From the NCBI GenBank assembly GCA_947478395.1, contig CANJVR010000006.1, forward strand, positions 65,007 through 129,006: a stretch of 64,000 nt of DNA, given 5' to 3'. The stretch is from Opitutia bacterium. Its GTDB lineage: Bacteria; Verrucomicrobiota; Verrucomicrobiia; Opitutales; Opitutaceae. Below are positions 1-9,718 of this stretch, piece by piece. Numbering within the stretch: position 1 is the stretch's first letter; every line of letters starts with the position of its first letter. A model generated the notes under the pieces. That model was not told the origin of the DNA. It did no database searches and saw nothing but the letters and a program-made list of their open reading frames with translations. The translations under genes and the position numbers were made by a program.

Positions 1-693
1 CTGGATAACGCCTTCGACCGAGTCTTTGACCGGACACGAGAAAACTTCGCCGTCGGGAATATTCCGGAGCCCCCCGCACGGCTGAGCCCCAATGCCTTTG
101 ATCGAAAACGTGAGATCGGTGCCGGGGCCTTTGAGGTGCACCCGGTCGGTCTTCGTCATGAGATCGGCCAGCGCCTTCATGCCCGGAGTCAGGCGCGAGT
201 AGTCGAGGGTGCAGACCTTGAAATAAAAATCCTCGAAAGCCTCGGTGCTCATGCCGGCCTGTTGCGCCATCGCGGGCGTTGGCCAGCGCAGCACGACCCA
301 CTTGGTTTTGCCGACGCGATGATCCAGCACGGGCTTCATCAGGCGAGAAACCATCTGCACGCGCGCGGATGGCACGTCGGAGCTCTCGAAAATATTATCG
401 GATCCCCGCAGCGCGATGTAGGCGTCCATTTTCTGCATACGCCCGAGCTCCACCTCGGCGTGCGGGGCAAACTGGTCATCCTCGGCGCCCAACATCAGCT
501 CGCGGGTGATGCGCGCTCGGTGCAGTTGCACGTAGGGATACGCCCCGCGCTCGCGCGTCGCACGCACCAACGCAATCACCATGGCATCAGGCACGTCGAA
601 CGCGTCGATCAGCACCCGCTCCCCTTTTTCAAGGGCGGTGGAAAATCCGGTAAGGCCGGCGGCCAGCTGGGCGAAGCGGGGATCGATGATCAT
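1..693 (-). CDS. M29-family (AmpS/PepS-type) aminopeptidase; runs off the window start
   Basis: Not in the ORF track. Manual translation from the ATG at 693 gives [30 protein letters not shown]... and later [18 protein letters not shown], an M29 motif. Confidence 0.85.
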   Translation of the reverse strand, partial: MIIDPRFAQLAAGLTGFSTALEKGERVLIDAFDVPDAMVIALVRATRERGAYPYVQLHRARITRELMLGAEDDQFAPHAEVELGRMQKMDAYIALRGSDNIFESSDVPSARVQMVSRLMKPVLDHRVGKTKWVVLRWPTPAMAQQAGMSTEAFEDFYFKVCTLDYSRLTPGMKALADLMTKTDRVHLKGPGTDLTFSIKGIGAQPCGGLRNIPDGEVFSCPVKDSVEGVIQ

Positions 694-893
694 TGGAACG
701 AAAACCTAACCTGACGGAGTGAGCTGGCGGCAAGTGGGAAGTAAGCGCGGCTGCGAAAGTAAATCGCCCGCCACCGGCGCGCAGGCACGTCCCGCCACCC
801 GCACCAAGGCGCAACGCGTCGGCCCGTTTAGCTCACGCGAGCGAACACGGAGCGATGAATCCAACAACTCAACCAAGGCCCGCCAGCTTCACC

Positions 894-2834
894 TCACGCG
901 GTCGCCGGCGGAGGCTCGACGACCGGGAGTTCAGCGAGGACAGGCTCGGCCGCGGGCGTCGGAGTTTCGACGGCCACGGTCGCAACGGGCGCAGGATCGA
1001 CCGCCGGAGGCACCACGATCTGAGCTACCGGCGTGACCCGGGCATCCGGGAAATTTTCCGGATCGTGCTCGGAGGCCTCGACCTCGCGCTTGCGCGACTC
1101 GGCCATTGGCGCCGCGGCGTAAAGCGCGCCATCGATGAATTCCGTGACGTAGCCTTCGCGCACCAGCCAAGCGAGGTCGCCCTGCATGCGCGCGAGTTTC
1201 TCGCGTTGTTCGATGCTGACCACCTGTTCGACGCCGGGAGCGGCATCGGCCGGCGCCGCGATGAGCAGAAGTTTCTTAGCGAGCTCGCTCGCGCGGATCA
1301 TGGGGTGCTCCTCGATGAACGAGATCAGGCTGCCAATGCTTTCGGAGAACATCTGGCCCGGCACGCGGAATTTGCGTTTCACCGCGCAGACATAACTGAC
1401 GCCCTTCGAGCCCTTCTTGAAAATCGTGAAATGCTCACGGCGCAGACGGCCGCGGAGAGCATTGGCCGTATCGAGAGGAAACCGGCGCTGCCGCTCGAGG
1501 GCACCTTCAATCGTGCGATAAATTTCACCTTGCGGCAAAATTTCCAGATTCTTGCCGTGCAGACGCGCATTCTCCACCGGGCGCACGAGTTTGTCCTTCG
1601 CGTTCGCCAGAAGATAAACCCGAGCGTCGTCGAAAGAATCGAAGTTCACCGCGGGGGCCGGAGCCGCGACCACGGCTTCCGGAGTAGCGGCCGGAGCCGG
1701 AGTCGAAGCGGAATCATCGGCCGCAGGCGGCGGAGCTTCCGCGGCGGGAGCCGAGACCGGCTCCGCCGTGCTTTCAACCGGCGCCGCGGGCGATTTCGCC
1801 ACCGGGGCTGCCGGATTTTTCCACGTGTACCGCGTGGTCTTCTTCATCTTGTCGAGCCAAGCTTGGATGGCCTCGGGCTCGCGCACCGACTCGATGCGGG
1901 CGCGGAACGTCTCGAAGGGCATCCGCGCGACTTTCGCCGCGTGGTGCTGCTGCACGAGTTGGTTATAGCGATGATAATTCGGCGGCCCAAGGAGCTCACC
2001 CGTCACGCCGCAACGATTGACGACCTGGAAATTTCCCTTTGGCGGATCGATCTCGACCTCGGCCGTATCGAAGAAATTCCCGAGGTGTTTCGAGAGGACA
2101 TGCGCGAGCGCGGCCTCTTCGCTTTCAAACGGCAAACCGTCCGGCACGGAAATAAAGAATGGCCGTTTGTCCGCCTCCTGAATCGTGCCCGGCGCGCCAT
2201 CGCCACTGGGCCTGCGGCTCATCACGACGACAAACCGGTCGGGTTTGCCGACAACGGTGCGCGCCACCTCGAACAACTCAATGGTGCGGCACGAAGCGCG
2301 GATGGTCTTTACCAACGTGTTGAAACTCGTGTCCTCCGGATAAAACGTCGCGATGAAATACGGGCTCTCGTAGGGACCACGATCCATCTGCTCGTTGCGT
2401 CCGCCATAGCGCGGCCCGCCGCGATCGCCGCCCGGACCACCGGGACCTTCACGACGAAGACCACCGCCGCCGCGATATTCGCCCGGTCCGTCACGGCGTG
2501 CCCGTTGATCGCCGGAGAATTCCTGACGTGGGATTCCACCCGCGCCACTACCGGCGCCGGGCTCCGAGGGAGCCGCGCCACCCGTGTTGTCCCCGCCGGG
2601 ACCAGGCATGGGTTTGCGAAAGGCACGACGATCGCGACGATCAACGGCGCCACCGGGGCCCGGTCCGTCGCGACGATCTTCGCGACGTGGACGATCGTCG
2701 CCGGCGCGCCGGTCGGAGGGCGCCGATTTGTCCTGAACCCATTGTGTGCCGAAGCTGAAGCCCTGTAGCTGGCTCAAGTCGATTTTGTTCAAATCTACGG
2801 GCAGATTTTTCTCCGAGGGAGCAGTGTCGTCCAT
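894..2834 (-). CDS. Hypothetical protein with an R/G/D-rich N-terminus and Pro/Ala-rich linkers
   Basis: Long ORF with strong coding character. ATG at 2834 (MDDTAPSEK) is preferred because the 2960 start overlaps the tRNA terminator region. Confidence 0.8.
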   Translation of the reverse strand: MDDTAPSEKNLPVDLNKIDLSQLQGFSFGTQWVQDKSAPSDRRAGDDRPRREDRRDGPGPGGAVDRRDRRAFRKPMPGPGGDNTGGAAPSEPGAGSGAGGIPRQEFSGDQRARRDGPGEYRGGGGLRREGPGGPGGDRGGPRYGGRNEQMDRGPYESPYFIATFYPEDTSFNTLVKTIRASCRTIELFEVARTVVGKPDRFVVVMSRRPSGDGAPGTIQEADKRPFFISVPDGLPFESEEAALAHVLSKHLGNFFDTAEVEIDPPKGNFQVVNRCGVTGELLGPPNYHRYNQLVQQHHAAKVARMPFETFRARIESVREPEAIQAWLDKMKKTTRYTWKNPAAPVAKSPAAPVESTAEPVSAPAAEAPPPAADDSASTPAPAATPEAVVAAPAPAVNFDSFDDARVYLLANAKDKLVRPVENARLHGKNLEILPQGEIYRTIEGALERQRRFPLDTANALRGRLRREHFTIFKKGSKGVSYVCAVKRKFRVPGQMFSESIGSLISFIEEHPMIRASELAKKLLLIAAPADAAPGVEQVVSIEQREKLARMQGDLAWLVREGYVTEFIDGALYAAAPMAESRKREVEASEHDPENFPDARVTPVAQIVVPPAVDPAPVATVAVETPTPAAEPVLAELPVVEPPPATA

Positions 2835-2987
2835 GTAATCAAAAAGCGGATGGTGGTCCGCGGTGGTTGCTAGGTGGGCGAACGCGGTTGCGCTCGCGAC
2901 GCAGAGTCCAAGAGCCTCAGGGGAAGAGGCAAGCGGTTTCCGACGGGGCTTGAAAGCCAAGGGCGGGCCATGCCCGCCGGTCTAAAA

Positions 2988-3072
2988 TGGTGCTCGGGAC
3001 AGGACTCGAACCTGCACGCCTTACGGCACACGCCCCTCAAACGTGTGTGTCTACCAATTCCACCACCCGAGC
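2988..3072 (-). tRNA. tRNA-Leu(GAG)
   Basis: Reverse complement GCTCGGG...GGTAGAC...CACGT-TT-GAG-GG-GCGTG, long variable arm, GTTCGAGTC T-loop, ends CCCGAGCACCA. Confidence 0.97.
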
Positions 3073-3198
3073 AGAGTAACCAAGAGGAAGGCGGAATAAG
3101 AGAACTCCGCCGCGGCTTGTAAAGCCCCGAAAATCGAATTGGCGAAATTCGCTTTGTCGCTTCCACTGCTCGGCTCGCACTCGCGCCCGCTCACGCCC

Positions 3199-4143
3199 AT
3201 GTCCCTCAACGCCATCCAAACCGCGCTCCTCGCTTCGTATGAAACCGACGGCGGAATCAATCACCTTGATGGGGTCAACCTGCCGGCTCAGGAATCGGTG
3301 AATACACTCGCGCGCGATTTCATGATGCTCCTTTTCCCCGGCTATTTCGAGGCGACCGCGCTGGAGAAAAGCTCGGTGCCGGCGTTGGTCAGCCGCCGAT
3401 TGGGCGACATTGAACGCCGTCTTTTCGTTGAGGTCGAAAAGTGCCTGCGTTTCGCGCGGCATGCCGACGCTCCCGGTCGCGCACGCGAAATCACAGCGCA
3501 AACGCTCACTCAATTGCCCGAGTTGCGTCGCATCATCCAGACCGACGTCACCGCCGCCTATCAAGGCGACCCGGCCGCGCGCAGCGTCGAAGAGATCATT
3601 CTCTCCTACCCGTGTGTGCTCGTGATTTCGCTCCAGCGGGTCGCTCACGTGCTCTACCATCTTGGCGTGCCGCTACTGCCGCGGATGTTAACAGAGTATG
3701 CGCACGAACGCACGGGCACCGATATCCATCCGGGCGCGCGGCTCGGCTCTCATTTCTTCATCGACCACGCTACCGGGGTCGTCATCGGCGAATCCGCGAC
3801 CATCGGCAGCCACGTCAAAATTTATCAAGGGGTCACGCTCGGCGCCAAATCCTTTGAAGTCGATAACGACGGCCACCCCATCAAGGGCGTCAAACGTCAT
3901 CCCGACATCGAGGATCACGTTACGATTTATGCGCACGCCACCATTCTCGGCGGCGACACTCGCATCGGCGCCCACTCCATCATCGGCGGAAACGTCTGGC
4001 TGTTAAAATCGGTCCCGCCGCACAGCATCGTGCAACAAAAAGGGGACAACCTCTTGGTCCGACCCCGCCGGGGCGGCACGCCCGCGGATGTCGCGGAAGC
4101 AAAGTCAGAGCCACTGCCCGCGAACGACGACTGGGTGATTTGA
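3199..4143 (+). CDS. cysE: Serine O-acetyltransferase
   Basis: GDPAA, DIHPGA, FIDHATGVVIGE, YQGVTLG and KRHP motifs. Confidence 0.92.
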   Translation: MSLNAIQTALLASYETDGGINHLDGVNLPAQESVNTLARDFMMLLFPGYFEATALEKSSVPALVSRRLGDIERRLFVEVEKCLRFARHADAPGRAREITAQTLTQLPELRRIIQTDVTAAYQGDPAARSVEEIILSYPCVLVISLQRVAHVLYHLGVPLLPRMLTEYAHERTGTDIHPGARLGSHFFIDHATGVVIGESATIGSHVKIYQGVTLGAKSFEVDNDGHPIKGVKRHPDIEDHVTIYAHATILGGDTRIGAHSIIGGNVWLLKSVPPHSIVQQKGDNLLVRPRRGGTPADVAEAKSEPLPANDDWVI

Positions 4144-4258
4144 AATCGGTCCAGGATGGAGGCGCGGCGCCCTCACCCCAATCCTGTGACGAGCATTGGC
4201 GGGTGACGGCGACCGACCGCCCAAGCCTTTCGATCAAAAATTTCGGCTCGCCGACCCG

Positions 4259-5323
4259 TTAACTCCGCTCCCGCTCCGCCACCCCCCGGGCGAGTTCCGC
4301 GGCAAAAAATGGTCCGCGATAAATCATACCGGTGTAAACCTGCACCAGCGTCGCGCCCGCATCGAGCTTCTCGGCGGCGCCCGCCACGTCCGTGATGCCC
4401 CCGACCCCGATGATCGGCAATTTTCCCTGCATCGTTCGCGCGATATAGCCCACGATCTCCGTCGAACGCCGCCGCACGGGAGCTCCGCTCAAGCCGCCGG
4501 CTTCGTTTACCTGCGCAAAGGTCCCCGGCCTCGCCAGGGTGGTGTTCGTCGCAATGACACCGTCGAGCCCGAACTCTGCGATCACGGCCAAGACCGCGTC
4601 AATTTGCGGCCAACTGAGATCCGGCGCGATTTTCAGCAAAAGCGGCACCCGCGATTTACCCCGGTCCGCCCCGCGCGCACGATTGGCCGCGGTGATCGCA
4701 CCCAGCAATTCACGCAACCGAGATTCATCCTGCAGTTGCCGGAGGCCCGGCGTGTTCGGACTCGATACGTTCAGCACCAGATAATCCGCAAAATCCGCCA
4801 GTCGTGCAAAACTCGCGAGGTAGTCTTCGGTCGCGCGCTCAATGTCGGTGACCTTCGATTTCCCCAGATTAATCCCGAGCGGAATCCGCCTCGCACCCCG
4901 CGGAGCCTGACGAGCGAGCCGCGTAGCCACTGCCTCGGCGCCCTGATTGTTAAAACCCATTCGATTGATCACCGCTTGGTGCTCGGGATAGCGAAACATG
5001 CGCGGCTGCGGATTACCGTCCTGCGCAAGCGCCGTGACCGTACCAATCTCAACGTGGCCAAAGCCCAACGCCGCCGCGGCTGGCCACGCCCGGGCGTTCT
5101 TGTCGAAACCTGCGGCCAGTCCAACGCGGTTGGGGAATTCCAGGCCGAACGCGCGCACGGGCGAGAACGTCGCCGGTGCCAATCGGGTCCACGCCTCCAG
5201 CACACGACAGAGCGGTGGGAGCGCCCCAAGCAAAGCGAGTGCATCCACCCCGAGTTCATGCGCCCGTTCAGATTCGAGACGGAACAACGCCGGCCGGAAA
5301 AAATTTTCGTAGAGACGGAGCAT
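4259..5323 (-). CDS. pyrD: Quinone-dependent (class 2) dihydroorotate dehydrogenase
   Basis: GLAAGFDKN, INRMGFNN, NVSSPNTPGLR, KIAPDL, GGLSG motifs. Confidence 0.95.
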   Translation of the reverse strand: MLRLYENFFRPALFRLESERAHELGVDALALLGALPPLCRVLEAWTRLAPATFSPVRAFGLEFPNRVGLAAGFDKNARAWPAAAALGFGHVEIGTVTALAQDGNPQPRMFRYPEHQAVINRMGFNNQGAEAVATRLARQAPRGARRIPLGINLGKSKVTDIERATEDYLASFARLADFADYLVLNVSSPNTPGLRQLQDESRLRELLGAITAANRARGADRGKSRVPLLLKIAPDLSWPQIDAVLAVIAEFGLDGVIATNTTLARPGTFAQVNEAGGLSGAPVRRRSTEIVGYIARTMQGKLPIIGVGGITDVAGAAEKLDAGATLVQVYTGMIYRGPFFAAELARGVAERERS

Positions 5324-5502
5324 TTTTCCCCAGCGTGGAACCCTCCTCATAAAACGCAAGTACCCGGCGCGCCGTTCGCCGCAACCCTATTTTTCAGAGG
5401 GAAAATCGCTTCGCGACCACCTTGCCTCAGCCACACTGTTTTGTGCTTGTTTTTTGAAACACCCCTCGCACGCTGCGCAAAAATTCTCCTTCCCGCTCTC
5501 TC

Positions 5503-6294
5503 ATGGCCAAAGCTACTTCCACTCTCGATTGGTGCATCGTTCGTCTGGGTGACGACCATAACTGGTGGGTCGCCGAAACCAGCGACCCTGTGCGCTGGGA
5601 TGTCGACGGCCTCAGCATCGTCGACCCCCGCCAAGTCGCCCACCTTATCGAGCTCGTCGACCCACTCCGCGACTACAGCTTTGATCAAGACATGCTCGCG
5701 TCGGCGTTCATCCCCTTCCGCATCGAGAAGGATCTCGGTGGCGGCAAGGTTCGCCTGAAACGCGTCAAGGAATCGCTGTTCGACTCCGACGAAAAACTTT
5801 TCGCCCTCGCCGATGTGCTCGATGAACAAAACGGGCCGTACGCCGACCTGCTCGACCACCTCACGCGCTGCCGGGTGAAGATGCTCAACGATCTTTTCAA
5901 GTTTGAATCCAAACTCTCCGTCGACGAAGTCGAGGACGAGATTCGCGAAGACCAAAATAGCCACTTCATCGAGGGCAAGGCCGTCCACACATTCGAAGAG
6001 CTCACGGCGATCCTCGACTACATGCCCGCCGGCTACGACGCCGATGAAGAGCAACCCGTCAAAGGGGCCGAGGAAGAAGAGGACGACCTCCCCGAACTCG
6101 ACGCAGCCGAAGAGGAGAAACTAAAGAACGACGATTCCCTGAAGTGGGATGAAGATGAGGCCAAGGACGGCGACGACGACGACGACAAGAAAAAGGACGG
6201 CGACGACGATGACGACGACGACGACGAAAAAGACAGCGACGACAAGGACGACGACGACGACAAACCCAAGAAGACCGTTCGTAAGAAACGCTGA
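5503..6294 (+). CDS. Hypothetical protein with a very acidic C-terminal tail and a basic tip
   Basis: 263-aa ORF with typical codon usage. Poly-Asp tail ends KPKKTVRKKR. Confidence 0.85.
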   Translation: MAKATSTLDWCIVRLGDDHNWWVAETSDPVRWDVDGLSIVDPRQVAHLIELVDPLRDYSFDQDMLASAFIPFRIEKDLGGGKVRLKRVKESLFDSDEKLFALADVLDEQNGPYADLLDHLTRCRVKMLNDLFKFESKLSVDEVEDEIREDQNSHFIEGKAVHTFEELTAILDYMPAGYDADEEQPVKGAEEEEDDLPELDAAEEEKLKNDDSLKWDEDEAKDGDDDDDKKKDGDDDDDDDDEKDSDDKDDDDDKPKKTVRKKR

Positions 6295-6748
6295 TCAGTT
6301 CTTTTGATTTTATTGCTAGAGGCGTGACCTCCGGGCGCGACCAGTGTCCCTTCCCATGCCTAGCAAACATCGGATCGGAGTTCCCGCCCCACCTAGTTCT
6401 TATCCGCGTGGCGTTTTTTCGGCGCGGTCGCCCACCTACCGCGGACGCATTTTCCCGCGCGCCAAGCCGCTCCTGCTCGCGGCCGCGGCGCACCTGGTGT
6501 TGGCCGGCGGGGTCACGGATGCGATCGCCGCGACGAATCCCATCGTCCCCACCGCCTTCAAGGCCGCATAACTAAGTCCGGGCGAGACGGTGACGATTTT
6601 CCCGCAGGGCATCGCGATCAACGAGCCTACAATCTGAAATCGAAGCTCGCCCAAAAAAGCCCCGTTCAAGACCCGCGCGTCATGCCGGGCGATTCAATTT
6701 AAGTCCCCCACTTCGCTACCCAACTCACCCCAACCCCTCGTCCTTCCG

Positions 6749-7735
6749 ATGAATTCGCCCCATCCTCTCCATCAGTCGCCGGCTTCCCAGCGATCAGTTT
6801 TCACCGCCGTGATCGCGTCGATCTTGGTCTGGCTCTCGCCGGGATTTGGCGCGCAGGAAGTCAAACCATCGGCCGGACAAAATCCATCGGCCGCGCCGAC
6901 CATCGTGTTCATCGGCAACAGTTTCATGTTCGGCGCCGGTTCGCCCGTGCGATTCTTTCGCCCGCACACGGTCACCGACCTCAACGGCGAAGGCACCGGC
7001 GGCGTCCCCGCCCTCTTCAAAGCCTTCACCCTCCAAGCGGGACGCGACTTCACCGTGAGCCTTGAGACCTCGGGCGGAAAAAATTTCGATTTCCATGTCC
7101 AAAGCAAAGCCGAGGTCCTCAGCCGTCCGTGGGACTACGCGGTTGCTCAGGGCTACAGCACGCTCGACCAAGCGAAGCCCGGCGATCCGGCGCTGCTCGT
7201 GAGTTCGGCCAAGCAGCTGGCCGAACTGCTACGCAGCAAAAATTCCCGTGTGGATATTCGCCTCATCGCCACATGGTCCCGGGCCGATCAAACTTATCCG
7301 GCCACCGGCCACTGGCACGGTCAGCCCATCGAAAAAATGGCCCTCGACGTTAGAGCCGGGTACAATCTCGCCGCGGCCGGGACTCCCGCCATCCACGCCA
7401 TCATTCCCGCGGGGGAAGCTTGGAATCGCGCCATGAAAACGGGCGTGGCCGACTCCAATCCCTACGACGGCATCGCCGCCGGCCAGATCAACCTGTGGAC
7501 CCACGACCACTACCACGCCAGCGCGTATGGCTACTATCTCGAGGCCTTGATGGTTTTCGGCGATCTCACCGGGCTTGATCCCCGCTCACTGGGCAAGGAC
7601 GAGAGGGCCGCCTTGGAGCTCGGCTTCTCGACCGCCCAAGCGAGCGCGTTGCAGCAGGTCGCCTTCGATGAACTTACCGCCACCGCTGGCCGCCCAAGCT
7701 TGAAGCCCTTCAAGCCCATTCCGCTGCCGCATTGA
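6749..7735 (+). CDS. Secreted SGNH/GDSL-like hydrolase
   Basis: Signal-like N-terminus, IVFIGNSF (block I-like) and DHYHAS (DxxH). Confidence 0.7.
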   Translation: MNSPHPLHQSPASQRSVFTAVIASILVWLSPGFGAQEVKPSAGQNPSAAPTIVFIGNSFMFGAGSPVRFFRPHTVTDLNGEGTGGVPALFKAFTLQAGRDFTVSLETSGGKNFDFHVQSKAEVLSRPWDYAVAQGYSTLDQAKPGDPALLVSSAKQLAELLRSKNSRVDIRLIATWSRADQTYPATGHWHGQPIEKMALDVRAGYNLAAAGTPAIHAIIPAGEAWNRAMKTGVADSNPYDGIAAGQINLWTHDHYHASAYGYYLEALMVFGDLTGLDPRSLGKDERAALELGFSTAQASALQQVAFDELTATAGRPSLKPFKPIPLPH

Positions 7736-7784
7736 GCCGATCGGTCGCGCCGCTTTTCGCACGGCGATCCCGTCCGATCCGTGA

Positions 7785-8048
7785 CTATTCCGCCGATTTT
7801 TCTTTCGGCGGCAGGCGATACGCCACCGCCGCGATCGTGACGCAGATGACGGCGTAAACGAGCGCCCAGAGCGTGAGGGCTTTGAAGTTGAGATCACCCT
7901 CCGCGACATGGCGTACCCACTTGGTGCCGAGTTGAAGCGCCCGCAAAAAAAAGACGGCACCGAGCAACCCGAAAACGATCACGACCAGCCATTGCACGGG
8001 ACTACGAACAGAAATTTTTACCGACGAATTCATGGCGCGAAAATACAC
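7785..8048 (-). CDS. Small membrane protein with two TM helices
   Basis: Two hydrophobic stretches and a basic C-terminus. The start may be 8033. Confidence 0.55.
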   Translation of the reverse strand: MYFRAMNSSVKISVRSPVQWLVVIVFGLLGAVFFLRALQLGTKWVRHVAEGDLNFKALTLWALVYAVICVTIAAVAYRLPPKEKSAE

Positions 8049-8261
8049 CGGCTAAACTTTCCCAGAGCAAGACTCCAGAGGAAGATTCACCGCCAAACTT
8101 TCGCATAAAATAAGAACGTTGGCCACGAAGAGGCCCAAGCTTTTCGCCCCTTTCGTTCGCGTCGCACGCGCTTCCATCAGCGCAGGGTGACTTCGTCCGA
8201 GTCCGCAAAATTCCTATGCCTCTTTGTGGCCAGAACTCCGATGCTCGGTTGCCTCGCTCGC

Positions 8262-9272
8262 TCAACGCATCGCCTGCGCCATATCCTTCGCAAAATAGGT
8301 CAGGATGATGTTCGCCCCCGCACGCTTGATCGCGAGCAGCGACTCATGGCGCGTGCGGGCCAGATCGAGCCAGCCCAATTTCGCCGCGGCTTGAATCTGC
8401 GAATACTCGCCCGATACCTGATAGGCCGCGATCGGCTTGTGCGTCTGGCTCCTCACCTCGCGAATAATATCCAGATACGGTCCCGCCGGTTTCACCATCA
8501 CCATGTCCGCGCCTTCGGCCGCATCGAGCGTCGCTTCGAGCAATGCCTCGCGCCGGTTCGCTGGATTCATCTGATACGTCGCCTTGCTCAGCAAACGCGT
8601 GCCCGCCGCTTGCGCGCTGCCGACCGCGTCGCGAAACGGCCCGTAGTACGCGGAGTTAAATTTAACTGAGTAAGCCAGAATTCCGGTGCCCGAAAAACCC
8701 GACGCATCCAGCCCGTTGCGAATCGCGCCCACCCGGCCGTCCATCATGTCGCTCGGTGCGACAAGATCGACGCCCGCCCGCGCCTGCAGCACCGCCATCT
8801 GCATCAAGATGCCCACGGTGCGATCGTTTTCCACGTCGTCGCCAGCCGCGTTGAGCACGCCGTCGTGGCCATGCGTCGTGTAAGGATCGAGCGCGACGTC
8901 CGTGATCACCACGAGTTCCGGCACCGCTTTCTTCACCGCCCGCACCGCGCGCAACACGAGCGTCTCCTCGTTCAGCGCCTGCGTGCCTTCCTCGTCCTTG
9001 AATTTCGCATCGAGCTTCGGAAACAAAGCCACGCCCTTCACGCCCAGTTTCCAGAGCGCACGACATTCCTTCACCAGATCAGCGACGTTCAACCGGAAAA
9101 CCCCGGGCATGGACGCGATCGCATCTGGCGGCGCCTTTCCGTCCACGACGAACAGCGGCGCGATAAAATCCGCCGGCCGTAGGACGGTCTCCTCCACGAG
9201 CGCGCGCAAGGCCGGCGTGCGCCGCAGGCGGCGGGGACGTTGTAGCAAATTCAATTTGAAAGGCTCGGCCAT
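8262..9272 (-). CDS. hemB: Porphobilinogen synthase
   Basis: RPRRLR, APSDMMDGRV, YGPFRDA, MVKPA, AYQVSGEY motifs. Confidence 0.97.
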   Translation of the reverse strand: MAEPFKLNLLQRPRRLRRTPALRALVEETVLRPADFIAPLFVVDGKAPPDAIASMPGVFRLNVADLVKECRALWKLGVKGVALFPKLDAKFKDEEGTQALNEETLVLRAVRAVKKAVPELVVITDVALDPYTTHGHDGVLNAAGDDVENDRTVGILMQMAVLQARAGVDLVAPSDMMDGRVGAIRNGLDASGFSGTGILAYSVKFNSAYYGPFRDAVGSAQAAGTRLLSKATYQMNPANRREALLEATLDAAEGADMVMVKPAGPYLDIIREVRSQTHKPIAAYQVSGEYSQIQAAAKLGWLDLARTRHESLLAIKRAGANIILTYFAKDMAQAMR

Positions 9273-9718
9273 AGTCGGGAAAGAGCCCGATAAAAACCGC
9301 GAAACCCGCTCGCGGCCACCCTGAAATTATTTCCGGTTCATCCGGCGCGAAGCCCCGGATGCTATTGCACGCCCGGGGCGGTTCCGCACCGGTCGCACCC
9401 CTGAAAAATCACGCGCTAGCCGCTGCGATCCGGTGCCCCCGCCGTGACGCCTCCAATCCCGGCGCACGTAAATCAAGACCGGAGCGCCGCCGTCACCGCG
9501 AGTTTTCCAATCAATGCGGGTTTTCCGCCGAATAAAATCCTGTTGGGCAACATGGCGGGGCGGGCCGGCCACCTTTTGTCGATGGAGTAGCACGACGCTT
9601 CAGCCCCCGGTTTTGCCCTCTCCTTTATTTCGAAAACGCGTGCTAAGCATCGCGCTCCATCGGACCCCGAAATTTCCGGTCGCAACCATTCGCCCCGGGG
9701 CCCAACTTTTCGGCCTTC

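Noticed and set aside
9273..9718. Riboswitch or T-box in the long hemB/cysS spacer (also checked before thrS)
   Set aside because: No T-box, cobalamin, TPP, SAM or FMN consensus recognisable by eye. An Rfam scan would be needed.
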